DNA of 64,000 nucleotides from an uncultured virus (IMG/VR IMGVR_UViG_3300025653_003319) (IMGVR_UViG_3300025653_003319); one strand, 5' to 3'; positions 39,682-48,771 are shown, counted from the first letter of the stretch. Translations and numbers: made by a program. The notes: generated by a model from the sequence alone, not told the origin.

Positions 39682-39836
39682 AGTATTCTCCTTTTGTAAT
39701 AACCTAACTGCTAGTAGGTTTGCAATAACTTCATCCCTAATGGGCTCTGTTACAGACTATCAAACTCTATGTTACAATTATGTTACAAATGTATTTATCA
39801 TTTGTGCGAAAATCATACAATTTTTACGGAAATAGG

Positions 39837-39893
39837 TTGACCATACCCACAAAATTTAGTATAATATATGCATAATTTGTAAAAAGGTAGGAG
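39837..39893 (+). promoter_or_regulatory. early-class sigma70 promoter plus GTAGGAG RBS
   Basis: TTGACC-17-TATAAT at 39837-39865; GTAGGAG at 39887-39893. Confidence 0.82.
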
Positions 39894-39898
39894 TTTTT

Positions 39899-40372
39899 AT
39901 GTATAAAGTATTTCAAATCAAGTTAAGTGACGAAGTAACAGACTTTGTTAATTCTAATGACAATGGTCATTCAGGTGGTGAAGCCAAGTATCCAGAGTAT
40001 GCGGCACACATGGCCGTGATGCACAAAGGTGCAGAAGGTTTCAAAGGTGAGATGTTCAATCATTACAGCCAAGTATGTGAAGTTGCTCACTTTGAAGACA
40101 GCAACTTAGAAGAAGTATTCAAAATTTTGAATGGTTACTATTTTGATGATGACACTGGTTTAGATCAGTGGTTCGATGCACTTGTTAGTGGTTTCAAAAT
40201 GAAAACAATCACTAGGAAAGATGGTGAAGTTGTTACATATCGTGACATGCATTCTCTTTCAGTTGGCGACATTGTTTTTGATTCAGTAGATGATTCATAT
40301 CACATTGTTGATCGATGGGGTTTCAAGGACATCACTTCAGATGTTCTTTCAGGAGTTCAACAAGTAGCATAA
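39899..40372 (+). CDS. hypothetical protein with YodL-like C-terminus
   Basis: HSLSVGDIV...YHIVDRWGF. Confidence 0.65.
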   Translation: MYKVFQIKLSDEVTDFVNSNDNGHSGGEAKYPEYAAHMAVMHKGAEGFKGEMFNHYSQVCEVAHFEDSNLEEVFKILNGYYFDDDTGLDQWFDALVSGFKMKTITRKDGEVVTYRDMHSLSVGDIVFDSVDDSYHIVDRWGFKDITSDVLSGVQQVA

Positions 40373-40587
40373 TGGAATACGTTGAGTCTTTGGATTATAA
40401 ACTTCGCTATTTAGATAAGTTCAGTGCTAGGGCAGGTAAACATAATTGGTTATCTGACCCTAAGATCTATTCTGATAGCGATGTATTCCTTAGGTTAGAA
40501 CAGTTGCAAGAACTAGGCTATTTGGTTGAATTAACTTTTAATTTGAAAAATACTAAAGAAAAGGTTGACCTTGGTCATGATTTTTAG
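40372..40587 (+). CDS. hypothetical protein
   Basis: MEYVESLDY..., coupled by TAATG. Confidence 0.5.
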   Translation: MEYVESLDYKLRYLDKFSARAGKHNWLSDPKIYSDSDVFLRLEQLQELGYLVELTFNLKNTKEKVDLGHDF

Positions 40588-40621
40588 TATAATAGTTGTA
40601 TATTAAATAATTTCGTAGGAG
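40565..40621 (+). promoter_or_regulatory. early-class sigma70 promoter plus GTAGGAG RBS
   Basis: TTGACC-17-TATAAT at 40565-40593; GTAGGAG at 40615-40621. Confidence 0.82.
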
Positions 40622-40628
40622 TAATTAT

Positions 40629-41708
40629 ATGTCAGATAACATTCGAACAGTAAAACTAAGCAGGGCAAAGAGCCACATCAAACGTGCTTTTAATAAAAAA
40701 CGTCCTGTATTTATTTGGGGTCCTCCAGGAGTTGGTAAGTCCGACGTACTGGCTCAGATCGCTGAAGAAGGTAACAACCTTTTAATTGATTTGAGAATGG
40801 CTTTGCTAGACCCAACAGATATCAAAGGGTATCCTTACAGAGATGAGGACACTAACAAAATGATGTGGGCGGCACCTGCCGAACTACCATCAGAAGAACT
40901 TGCTAGCCAGTATGAGACTGTCTTCTTGTTCTTAGATGAACTTAACTCTGCACCTCCAAGTGTGCAGGCAACTGCTTACCAGTTGATCCTTAACCGTAGG
41001 GTTGGACAATATGTATTACCAGATAACGTGGTAATTGCGGCGGCTGGTAACAGAGACACTGATAAAGGTGTTACTTACAGGATGCCAAGTCCTTTAGCAA
41101 ACAGATTCCTTCACTTAGAAGTTGAAGTTAATCATGACGATTGGCAGTCTTGGGCAGTTGATAACGACATCAATCCAGATGTTGTTGGTTACTTGGCTTT
41201 TGCTAAACAAGACCTTTTTGACTTTGATCCAAAAAGTTCAAGTAGGAGTTTTGCTACTCCTAGGTCTTGGGCATTCGTTAGCCAAATGCTAGAAGACAGT
41301 GACATGACTCATGAAGAGGAAATGGACATTGTTACTGGTTTGGTTGGTGAAGGCATGGCAATCAAGTTTATGAATCACAAGAAGAATGCTTCTAAACTTC
41401 CTAAGCCATCTGAAATCCTTTCAGGTAAGGTCAAAGAGTTGAAGAAGTTAGAAATTTCTTCCAAGTATGCTCTTACTGTAGGTATGAGTTACGAATTAAA
41501 AGGTATCCAAGATAATGGTGATGAGAAAGAACTTACAAGTTCATTCAATAACTTCATCAACTTCTTAATGGATAACTTTGAACCTGAGATGTGTGTATTA
41601 GGTTGTAAAATTGCATTGAGCGAATACGATATTGATGTCGACTTTGCTGATGTAAAACGTATCGATGAATGGGTTGACAGATACGGAAAATACATGAACA
41701 TTGACTAG
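40629..41708 (+). CDS. MoxR-like AAA+ ATPase
   Basis: WGPPGVGKS, LFLDELN, AAGNR, PLANRF, TPRSW. Confidence 0.88.
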   Translation: MSDNIRTVKLSRAKSHIKRAFNKKRPVFIWGPPGVGKSDVLAQIAEEGNNLLIDLRMALLDPTDIKGYPYRDEDTNKMMWAAPAELPSEELASQYETVFLFLDELNSAPPSVQATAYQLILNRRVGQYVLPDNVVIAAAGNRDTDKGVTYRMPSPLANRFLHLEVEVNHDDWQSWAVDNDINPDVVGYLAFAKQDLFDFDPKSSSRSFATPRSWAFVSQMLEDSDMTHEEEMDIVTGLVGEGMAIKFMNHKKNASKLPKPSEILSGKVKELKKLEISSKYALTVGMSYELKGIQDNGDEKELTSSFNNFINFLMDNFEPEMCVLGCKIALSEYDIDVDFADVKRIDEWVDRYGKYMNID

Positions 41709-41715
41709 TTAGTTC

Positions 41716-41756
41716 CTGTGTCGCCAGTTACTCCTACAACCTACATAGCGGCACAG
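41716..41756 (+). ncRNA. putative anti-RBS stem-loop RNA element (candidate 3'-UTR sRNA)
   Basis: Stem CTGTGTCGC/GCGGCACAG encloses a 23-nt loop containing TTACTCCTACAA, complementary to the early-gene GTAGGAG RBS. Confidence 0.45.
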
Positions 41757-41761
41757 ACTAA

Positions 41762-41793
41762 GGGGGGATCTAAACAGGTCCCCCCACCTTTTT
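41762..41793 (+). terminator. intrinsic terminator
   Basis: GGGGGGATC-TAAACA-GGTCCCCCC followed by ACCTTTTT. Confidence 0.75.
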
Positions 41794-41807
41794 CCCAAAA
41801 TAATAGG

Positions 41808-41856
41808 TTGACCACACCCAGTTTTTTTAGTATAATATAAGTATAGTTTGTAGGAG
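41808..41856 (+). promoter_or_regulatory. early-class sigma70 promoter plus GTAGGAG RBS
   Basis: TTGACC-17-TATAAT at 41808-41836; GTAGGAG at 41850-41856. Confidence 0.82.
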
Positions 41857-41864
41857 AACACACA

Positions 41865-43091
41865 ATGAACAATTTAGCACAAAAAACAGATCAAGTAGTT
41901 AAGGACAGATTAATAACTGCTAGAGTGCAATTACTTCTTAAGAATGGTTTCTTTGGTAACTTAGCAACTAGGTTACAATTACAAGAAGCATCCGATTGGT
42001 GCCCGACTGCCGCAACAGATGGCAGATACTTTTTTTATAATACAGAATTTATCCAGTCATTAGATGATGACGAACTTATCTTTTTAATGGGTCATGAGGT
42101 TCTCCATAATGTTTATGATCACATGGATAGACGTGGTAATAGAGATCCTCGTCTTTGGAACATAGCAAATGACTATGTTGTGAACATGGACTTAGTTGAA
42201 AATAATATTGGTAAGAGAATTACCAAAGTTAATATCTGTTTTGACTACAAATATCAAAACTGGATTTCAGATGAGATATACGACGACTTGTACGAGAACG
42301 CAGAAAAGATTACTGAAGAAACACTTGACATGCATTTAGACTTCAGTAATGAAGATGGTGACGGTCAAGGTGCTGAAGGTAAAGGTGAAGGTGGTGATCA
42401 ACAAGACGGGCCACCAAAGTATTCTAAAGAAGAAAGACAACAGATCAATGACGAAGTAAAAGAAGCCGTAATGAATGCGGCCAAAGGTGCTGGTAACAAA
42501 GATCTTCCTAATGGCGTTAGAAAGATGATTAAGGATCTTACTAATCCTGAGTTAGATTGGAGAGAGTTACTTGCTACCAATATTCAAAGTGTTGTAAAGA
42601 ATGACTTTACATTTATGAGACCTGCTAGAAAAGGTATTGCTGAACACGTTTACCTTCCTGGTATGGACTACGACACAGACTTAGATGTGTTCTGCTTTAT
42701 TGATAGTTCCGGTTCTATGTCAGATGAAATGCTTAGAGACCTTCTAAGCGAAGTAAAAGGTTGCATGGAGCAATACACTAACTTCAAACTTAGACTTTGT
42801 TTCTTTGACACATCTACATACACTATTCATGAGTTTGATTCTACTAACGTAGATGACATTTATGATATTGAAATTGAAGGCGGTGGCGGTACTGAGTTTG
42901 ATTGTATGTTTGATAGACTCAAAGAGGAAGACATTGTACCACAGAAGTTAATTGTATTCACAGATGGTTACCCATGGGGTAGTTGGGGCGATGAAACATA
43001 CTGTGATACATTGTTTATAATTCATGGTTCTGGCTACGGTGGCAGAACTCCAGAAGCACCATACGGTGTATCGGTAAAATATAAAGCATGA
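41865..43091 (+). CDS. metallopeptidase-like + VWA domain protein (DUF2201-type MoxR partner)
   Basis: TAATDG, HEVLH (HExxH), WNIANDY.VN; MIDAS DSSGSM...GGGT...FTDG. Confidence 0.88.
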   Translation: MNNLAQKTDQVVKDRLITARVQLLLKNGFFGNLATRLQLQEASDWCPTAATDGRYFFYNTEFIQSLDDDELIFLMGHEVLHNVYDHMDRRGNRDPRLWNIANDYVVNMDLVENNIGKRITKVNICFDYKYQNWISDEIYDDLYENAEKITEETLDMHLDFSNEDGDGQGAEGKGEGGDQQDGPPKYSKEERQQINDEVKEAVMNAAKGAGNKDLPNGVRKMIKDLTNPELDWRELLATNIQSVVKNDFTFMRPARKGIAEHVYLPGMDYDTDLDVFCFIDSSGSMSDEMLRDLLSEVKGCMEQYTNFKLRLCFFDTSTYTIHEFDSTNVDDIYDIEIEGGGGTEFDCMFDRLKEEDIVPQKLIVFTDGYPWGSWGDETYCDTLFIIHGSGYGGRTPEAPYGVSVKYKA

Positions 43092-43423
43092 AGATTCACG
43101 TAAGTAAAAAATTAGGCACAGGTGAACTAGAAGGTTTAAAAGGTACTCTAACCTATGAGAACCTAATGAAAAACAAAATCTGCATTTATTCTAATACAAT
43201 GGAAGACGATACTATATTTGATTTAGTATCGCACTTCGATGAGTATGGACAAGGTTTACTCTATATGTCTACACTTGGTAGCGACAATATATGGAGAATT
43301 TACTTTGAGAACACCGGTGACATGCTTACATTTATAGAGTTAGCCAGAGCACCCAGCAAAAAACCAGATAATATAGGCACAATTGAGTCAGTAGTAGTAA
43401 ATACTACACATGACGCAGAATAA
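43088..43423 (+). CDS. hypothetical protein
   Basis: 111 aa, coupled to the VWA gene. Confidence 0.6.
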   Translation: MKIHVSKKLGTGELEGLKGTLTYENLMKNKICIYSNTMEDDTIFDLVSHFDEYGQGLLYMSTLGSDNIWRIYFENTGDMLTFIELARAPSKKPDNIGTIESVVVNTTHDAE

Positions 43424-44483
43424 CATTCTATGGTCCTGTAATGAATGGGATCCCCTCAAAGAAGTAATAATAGGAACGGCCGTAGACGCCAATATTCCAA
43501 ACGGCGACCTTTCGCACCATGCAACCAACTATGCTAATCTAAGTGCTGAACAGTATGCACAAATGCCTAAGGGTAGATACCCAGAGCATGTATATCATGA
43601 AGCAGAAGAGGATTTAGACGCATTGTGTAACGTTCTAAGCAACGATTTCGGTGTAAAGGTACATAGGCCTAACCTAAATGCTGTAGACTTTACAGCGAAC
43701 GTTAGCAACGGCTTATGGGACACAGACCAATACGAAGCATACTGTCCACGTGATAGTGTTACTGTGATAGGTGACAAAATCATAGAAGGTGCTATGAGTT
43801 TGAGAGCAAGGTATCACGAAACCTTTCTATTCAGAGACCTATTCCAAGAGAAGATGATGGGTGGTGCTAATTGGTTACAAATGCCTAAGCCACGTTTAGA
43901 TGACAGTTTATTTAAAATACAGCCAGGCAGAGACCCAAGTGTAAATAACAACGAACCTATACTAGACCCTGCTAACCTCATACGCATGGGTTACGATATA
44001 CTATACTTGATATCCAATACGGGTAACGAGATGGGTGCTAAGTGGTTACAGAACGCCCTAGGCCCCGACTTTAGAATACATACCATGCATGACTTATATA
44101 GTTGGGCTCATGTAGACAGCACTATTATGCCGTTGAGGCCTGGACTAGTTATATTAAATGCTAGTAGGGTTGATAAGGATAAGGTTCCTGAGATATATAA
44201 AAATTGGGACAAGATTTGGTACACAGAAGAAATGTGTGTTGGCCAACCGTGTTTAGAAGATTATGCTCCAGCAAGTAGTTGGATAGGCATGAATGTACTA
44301 AGTGTGGATCCACAGCATGTACTTGTACCAGATGACGAAATACATTTAATGAAAGCAATGGAACAGAATGGAATAACACCTGTACCTGTCCAAATGCGTC
44401 ATATGAGAACACTAGCAGGTGGTCCACATTGTGTGAGCCAAGACTTAGTTAGAGAAGGCAAGTTAGAAAGTTACTGGAAATAG
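43410..44483 (+). CDS. amidinotransferase (pentein family; glycine/inosamine-phosphate amidinotransferase-like)
   Basis: NEWDPLKEVIIG, CPRD, LDPAN, GN..GA.WL, HVDST, GGPHC (catalytic Asp/His/Cys). Confidence 0.9.
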   Translation: MTQNNILWSCNEWDPLKEVIIGTAVDANIPNGDLSHHATNYANLSAEQYAQMPKGRYPEHVYHEAEEDLDALCNVLSNDFGVKVHRPNLNAVDFTANVSNGLWDTDQYEAYCPRDSVTVIGDKIIEGAMSLRARYHETFLFRDLFQEKMMGGANWLQMPKPRLDDSLFKIQPGRDPSVNNNEPILDPANLIRMGYDILYLISNTGNEMGAKWLQNALGPDFRIHTMHDLYSWAHVDSTIMPLRPGLVILNASRVDKDKVPEIYKNWDKIWYTEEMCVGQPCLEDYAPASSWIGMNVLSVDPQHVLVPDDEIHLMKAMEQNGITPVPVQMRHMRTLAGGPHCVSQDLVREGKLESYWK

Positions 44484-44486
44484 TCA

Positions 44487-44543
44487 TTGACTTGCACCCT
44501 TATTTTTAGTATAATATATGTGTATTAAGTAGTTGAGTAGGAG
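44487..44543 (+). promoter_or_regulatory. early-class sigma70 promoter plus GTAGGAG RBS
   Basis: TTGACT-17-TATAAT at 44487-44515; GTAGGAG at 44537-44543. Confidence 0.8.
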
Positions 44544-44545
44544 TT

Positions 44546-45316
44546 ATGGAACTTAATTTAGAAAGTTATAAAGGTATACTTGTAGTGGGCGATGTTCACT
44601 CAGTATTCTCTGACTTTGCTACTTCATATTCATATGCTCGTAAACACAATTTATATTACCTGCAATTAGGTGATATATTAGATTACGGTCCAAAGCCTTT
44701 AGAAACCATGCTGTTAGCAAAAGAAATAATTGATGCTGGGCACGGTACTATTTTACAAGGTAACCACGATAACAAACTTTTTCGTTGGGCAAAAGGCAAT
44801 GATGTTAAGTTAGGTAAACCTCAAAGAGATACTCTAGCAAGAGTTGACTTTGGTATAGACTTATTTAGAGATCTTGTATTGTACGTTGGTTCACAACAAC
44901 CATTTTATGCTAGTTACAAAAACTTTTTCTTTACACATGGTGGGGTACATCCTGAGTTTTGGGAAACCAAAAAAATAACTAAGAAGTCTATGGAAAGTGT
45001 ATTCTTATACGGGCAAGTAGATAACTCAAAACAAGTCGAGTGGAAGGGTCAAATGTATGCTCATAGAGTATATGATTGGGCAGAAGCAATACCCAAAGGG
45101 CAAATTGTATTTGTTGGACACGACAGATCACCGTTAAAAAGTGAACCTGATTTCGAAGACAACTTAAAAATGCCTTTAGTATATTACACCAAGAAAGAAG
45201 AAAGAGTAATATTCTTAGATACTGGCAGTGGTAAAGGTGGCACACTAAGTGGTGCCAAAATGACCTTTAATAACTACAATCAACTAGGAATTGAGACCTT
45301 TTTATCGTTCACATAA
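44546..45316 (+). CDS. calcineurin-like metallophosphoesterase
   Basis: GDVH, GDILDYGP, GNHD, THGG, VGH, LDTG. Confidence 0.9.
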   Translation: MELNLESYKGILVVGDVHSVFSDFATSYSYARKHNLYYLQLGDILDYGPKPLETMLLAKEIIDAGHGTILQGNHDNKLFRWAKGNDVKLGKPQRDTLARVDFGIDLFRDLVLYVGSQQPFYASYKNFFFTHGGVHPEFWETKKITKKSMESVFLYGQVDNSKQVEWKGQMYAHRVYDWAEAIPKGQIVFVGHDRSPLKSEPDFEDNLKMPLVYYTKKEERVIFLDTGSGKGGTLSGAKMTFNNYNQLGIETFLSFT

Positions 45317-45364
45317 AAACATCAGTTAATAAATAATACTTGTAAATTACCATTGGAGGAAAAA

Positions 45365-45667
45365 ATGGCAGATACAGAAAACACAGAGATTGTAAACGAT
45401 GAAGTTGAGCAATCAGTAGAAGGGGATGCACCTGAGCAACAACAGGCTTCACTAAGCCTAGAGGAACTCAATGCATTATTACAAATCGTTGATTTAGCAG
45501 TAAGCAGAGGAGCATTCAGAGGTGCAGAAGCATCGCAAGTAGGTGCTGTCTTTGATAGGTTAAACAACTTTTTAAACATAGTTGCACAGAGTCAACAAGC
45601 AGAGGCTGAAGTAGCCAACAATGCAACAACAGAAGCAGAGGCAGAGGCTCCTGCCGAAGGAGAATAA
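45365..45667 (+). CDS. hypothetical acidic protein
   Basis: GGAGG SD, TAAATA at 45330; LQIVDLAVSRGAFRGAE core. Confidence 0.7.
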   Translation: MADTENTEIVNDEVEQSVEGDAPEQQQASLSLEELNALLQIVDLAVSRGAFRGAEASQVGAVFDRLNNFLNIVAQSQQAEAEVANNATTEAEAEAPAEGE

Positions 45668-45668
45668 T

Positions 45669-46301
45669 ATGCCAAGTATAACAAAACACGTTGCTAAATG
45701 GAACGAAAGAAAGTGTCTAGTGCTATTTAGAGAAGTTCCGGGTGAACCAGAAAATGCTCTATTAATTATGTCAGGCGAACTTAGTGCTACTCAACATGAT
45801 GAATTAATTTCAGTTGTAGATAGCGATGAAGCACAGACAAATAGCGATTTAGCACAGGTCCTAAACGGCAGAAACTTTAGCGATGGTAGAGTAATGTTAC
45901 AGGCCTTACACGCAGATGGTATGATTACCAAAGCACCTGTAAGCGAAGTTATAATGTTACCTACTCCAAAAGACGAAGTACCATTAACTGATCTTAATGA
46001 TTCAATTGCAACAATCGAAGCAGGTAAAGAAGCAGATAAACCTAATCTTGCCGATACATCTGAGATTGATGCTATTAATCAAGTTGAAAGACCTAGACAA
46101 TTATCAGAAAGAGAAGCAGAAGAACAATTAGGTATTGCAAAGGGTTTATTGGAACAGGCTAATATGATTGAGCAGGATGTTGAAAGAGTTCAACAGCAAA
46201 TGATTGCAGATGCTAATAGTAAAAGAGAAGAAGCATACGCAAGAGCACCTGAATTAAGGCCAAAGCCAAAACCAGGCAGACCAAAAAAGTCAGCAATATA
46301 G
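45669..46301 (+). CDS. hypothetical protein with basic C-terminal tail
   Basis: AGGAG SD before ATG 45669; ends KPKPGRPKK (AT-hook-like). Confidence 0.7.
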   Translation: MPSITKHVAKWNERKCLVLFREVPGEPENALLIMSGELSATQHDELISVVDSDEAQTNSDLAQVLNGRNFSDGRVMLQALHADGMITKAPVSEVIMLPTPKDEVPLTDLNDSIATIEAGKEADKPNLADTSEIDAINQVERPRQLSEREAEEQLGIAKGLLEQANMIEQDVERVQQQMIADANSKREEAYARAPELRPKPKPGRPKKSAI

Positions 46302-46310
46302 AAGGGAGCA

Positions 46311-46628
46311 ATGAGCAAAAGGAAATTAATCCTTACTCACAATTCCCAACTTAGCAACTTCGACAAATTGTTGAAAGATATCTTTACGACAGAGATACCT
46401 AGTGTTTTTGTCGACAAGATTGTTTTGACTGATAAGAATGGTAACATAAGTGAGCAAACAGGACAACAGATAAATGGACCAATACCATTAAATCCGAGTG
46501 TAGCATCACCTCTCTCAAAAATATGGAACCAAGAAACAACATCTGTAGAAGTTTTTCTTAACATTAAAAAAGTAGAAAAATTTGTTACAGGTGAAACAAA
46601 AAAATTATTAGATAGATTTGAAGATTAA
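46311..46628 (+). CDS. hypothetical protein
   Basis: 105 aa, GGGAG SD. Confidence 0.65.
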   Translation: MSKRKLILTHNSQLSNFDKLLKDIFTTEIPSVFVDKIVLTDKNGNISEQTGQQINGPIPLNPSVASPLSKIWNQETTSVEVFLNIKKVEKFVTGETKKLLDRFED

Positions 46629-47530
46629 TGTTTTACCTACCAGAACAAGATTTACTTTTTGTACACATACCTAGGACAGGCGGAACCTCTTATAAAAGGT
46701 TTTTAGAAAACTATGGAACTAACACAGACATAGAATTATTTGATAATCATAGTCCTGTACAAACTGCATGTTACTTTTTAGATAATGTAGATGCAAATAC
46801 AAAATTTTCTATTGTAAGAAATCCTTATAGTAGAGAAGTTAGTTTATGGAGATGGGGCAGAGCAGGAGTATTAGCGGCCTCTGATATGAGTTTTGAATAC
46901 TGGTGCAAATGGAGATTTGAAGGTACACCAAAAGATGCATCTAACTTATTAACATACCTCGATCCTGTAACTGTAACAAGTTTATGGGGTATGCACAAAA
47001 CACCTCAGATACTTTACCTAGTAGACGAAAATGCAAATTTAAGAGTAGACTACATAGGATGTTATGAACGTTACGAAGACATTTATAATTTTACTAGAAA
47101 GAAGTTTCATGAAGAGTATGGTTATGTAAAACATGTTGCTATGCAAAATACTACACCTTGGACTAGAAAACTTAATCAAAGCGAAATGGATTGGCGACTA
47201 ATTTATGAGCAACAAGATAATACACAAGAAGTATTAGATATGGTGTATAACTTTTATGATTGGGATTTTGAAACATTTGGTTATAATAGAGATTGGATGG
47301 CTGAAGATGATTCCCCAAGTCGTAATGTTGGTCATTTACCAAAACCTAGTTCTGATGCCTATATAGATATAATGCAGAACTGGCCACTCAAACAGTTTTA
47401 TGGCAATAGAAAAATACTACTTGCTGATGCATTAAGTTATAGATTTATGCCAGAAGGCAAAAATAGAGGTGTATTTTTACAAAATACTATTGGTCTTAAA
47501 ATAGGCGATGTTACTCTAAGAGGCGACTAG
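46628..47530 (+). CDS. sulfotransferase-family-2-like protein
   Basis: FVHIPRTGGTS, VRNPYSREVS, DYIG.YE, DFETFGY. Confidence 0.8.
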   Translation: MFYLPEQDLLFVHIPRTGGTSYKRFLENYGTNTDIELFDNHSPVQTACYFLDNVDANTKFSIVRNPYSREVSLWRWGRAGVLAASDMSFEYWCKWRFEGTPKDASNLLTYLDPVTVTSLWGMHKTPQILYLVDENANLRVDYIGCYERYEDIYNFTRKKFHEEYGYVKHVAMQNTTPWTRKLNQSEMDWRLIYEQQDNTQEVLDMVYNFYDWDFETFGYNRDWMAEDDSPSRNVGHLPKPSSDAYIDIMQNWPLKQFYGNRKILLADALSYRFMPEGKNRGVFLQNTIGLKIGDVTLRGD

Positions 47531-47763
47531 TGCCACAAGCCTACGATCCAACCGAACCTAGATATTCACAATGGCATAAAGTATTTGCATGGAAACCACG
47601 CAAATTATCTAATGGTAAAACAATATGGTTAAAGTTTTTATATAAAAGAAGCATTACTATAGACTGGATGCCACCTACATATCCTGCTAAAAAGTACTTC
47701 AAAACGCAATACACTGACATAGATGGTGTAATAAAAGACAAATTAATCCAGAAAAACCGGTAA
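47530..47763 (+). CDS. hypothetical protein
   Basis: 77 aa from GTG; WHKVFAWKP...IWLK. Confidence 0.6.
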   Translation: MPQAYDPTEPRYSQWHKVFAWKPRKLSNGKTIWLKFLYKRSITIDWMPPTYPAKKYFKTQYTDIDGVIKDKLIQKNR

Positions 47764-47769
47764 AAAAGG

Positions 47770-47824
47770 TTGACCTTGACCCAGTATTTTAGTATAATAG
47801 TTGTATAAATTAAAAAGGTAGGAG
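47770..47824 (+). promoter_or_regulatory. early-class sigma70 promoter plus GTAGGAG RBS
   Basis: TTGACC-17-TATAAT at 47770-47798; GTAGGAG at 47818-47824. Confidence 0.82.
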
Positions 47825-47833
47825 AGTTTAATT

Positions 47834-48349
47834 ATGCAAACATTAGTAATACAAACCCAGTACAGAGAAAACTATGCCGCACATGACAGTGGTTATGAGC
47901 ATGGCGTAAGCGAAGCACACTGGAAGTACAAAGGTGGTTGCACTTATTTCGTAACTGATCTTACTCCTGGGCAAATCAACAAGATTGCTCATAAAGGTAT
48001 TCCAACTTTAACCAAACTTATTGAAAGCAAAAACGAGGCTTTTGAAGAATATATCCTGGATTGGGAGATCCGTGAACTTGGTAAAAATGGCGACGGCAAG
48101 GGTCCAATTTGTGAGCCTTGGGAAACACCCGTAGAGTTCTTTTATAAGGACGGGTGGAAATGTCGTACCCATCACACTCCCAGTCCTGAATATACTCATT
48201 TTGCTCCAAGCATTATTGGTAAGGCTGAGCAATGGACACCTGGTTTTGGTAACACTAGGACTGACTATGCATGTCAGTTTAAAACTGCTAATGGCTGGTT
48301 TGATCAGAAAGATCCGCAACTGTTAAAACAAGTTCAGGAGGTGGCGTAA
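47834..48349 (+). CDS. hypothetical phage protein
   Basis: IQTQYRENYAAHD...HWKYKGG.TY; own promoter and RBS. Confidence 0.75.
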   Translation: MQTLVIQTQYRENYAAHDSGYEHGVSEAHWKYKGGCTYFVTDLTPGQINKIAHKGIPTLTKLIESKNEAFEEYILDWEIRELGKNGDGKGPICEPWETPVEFFYKDGWKCRTHHTPSPEYTHFAPSIIGKAEQWTPGFGNTRTDYACQFKTANGWFDQKDPQLLKQVQEVA

Positions 48350-48711
48350 TGATTAAACAAAGAAATACAACTGTCCTTTCAAGTGACTATCAAAGCACAG
48401 AGCAACTCAAGAAGTTCCTTGTACATTGTACAGGTGCTAAGTTAATTCCGGTTGCTAATAACACTGATGCTTTTTGGATCAGAGGTGATAGTAGAGGAGA
48501 CTTCTACGAGCAGAAGTACTTTAAGGTAGTGTTCGGAAATGTTACTGAAGAGTTCAGACATGGTAAGCCAACCAAGTCAGGTTATGGATTCGACATTCAA
48601 GCAACAGGCGATTACAGAGCATGGGCATTGATGGGTGATTTTCGTAAAATGATCAGTGAAGCAATGGCTAACTACAAGGCCAAAACAACACCAGAAAATG
48701 TGGCAAAATAG
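48349..48711 (+). CDS. hypothetical protein
   Basis: AGGAGG SD, TAATG coupling. Confidence 0.7.
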   Translation: MIKQRNTTVLSSDYQSTEQLKKFLVHCTGAKLIPVANNTDAFWIRGDSRGDFYEQKYFKVVFGNVTEEFRHGKPTKSGYGFDIQATGDYRAWALMGDFRKMISEAMANYKAKTTPENVAK

Positions 48712-48712
48712 G

Positions 48713-48766
48713 TTGACCATTAGTACCTTTTTTAGTATAATAGTTATATAATTAAAAAGGTAGGAG
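48713..48766 (+). promoter_or_regulatory. early-class sigma70 promoter plus GTAGGAG RBS
   Basis: TTGACC-17-TATAAT at 48713-48741; GTAGGAG at 48760-48766. Confidence 0.82.
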
Positions 48767-48771
48767 TTTTT

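Noticed and set aside
39647..39835. 62-aa + strand ORF in the track
   Set aside because: GTG start without SD, just after a terminator; the region is better explained by the minus-strand gene and its leader.
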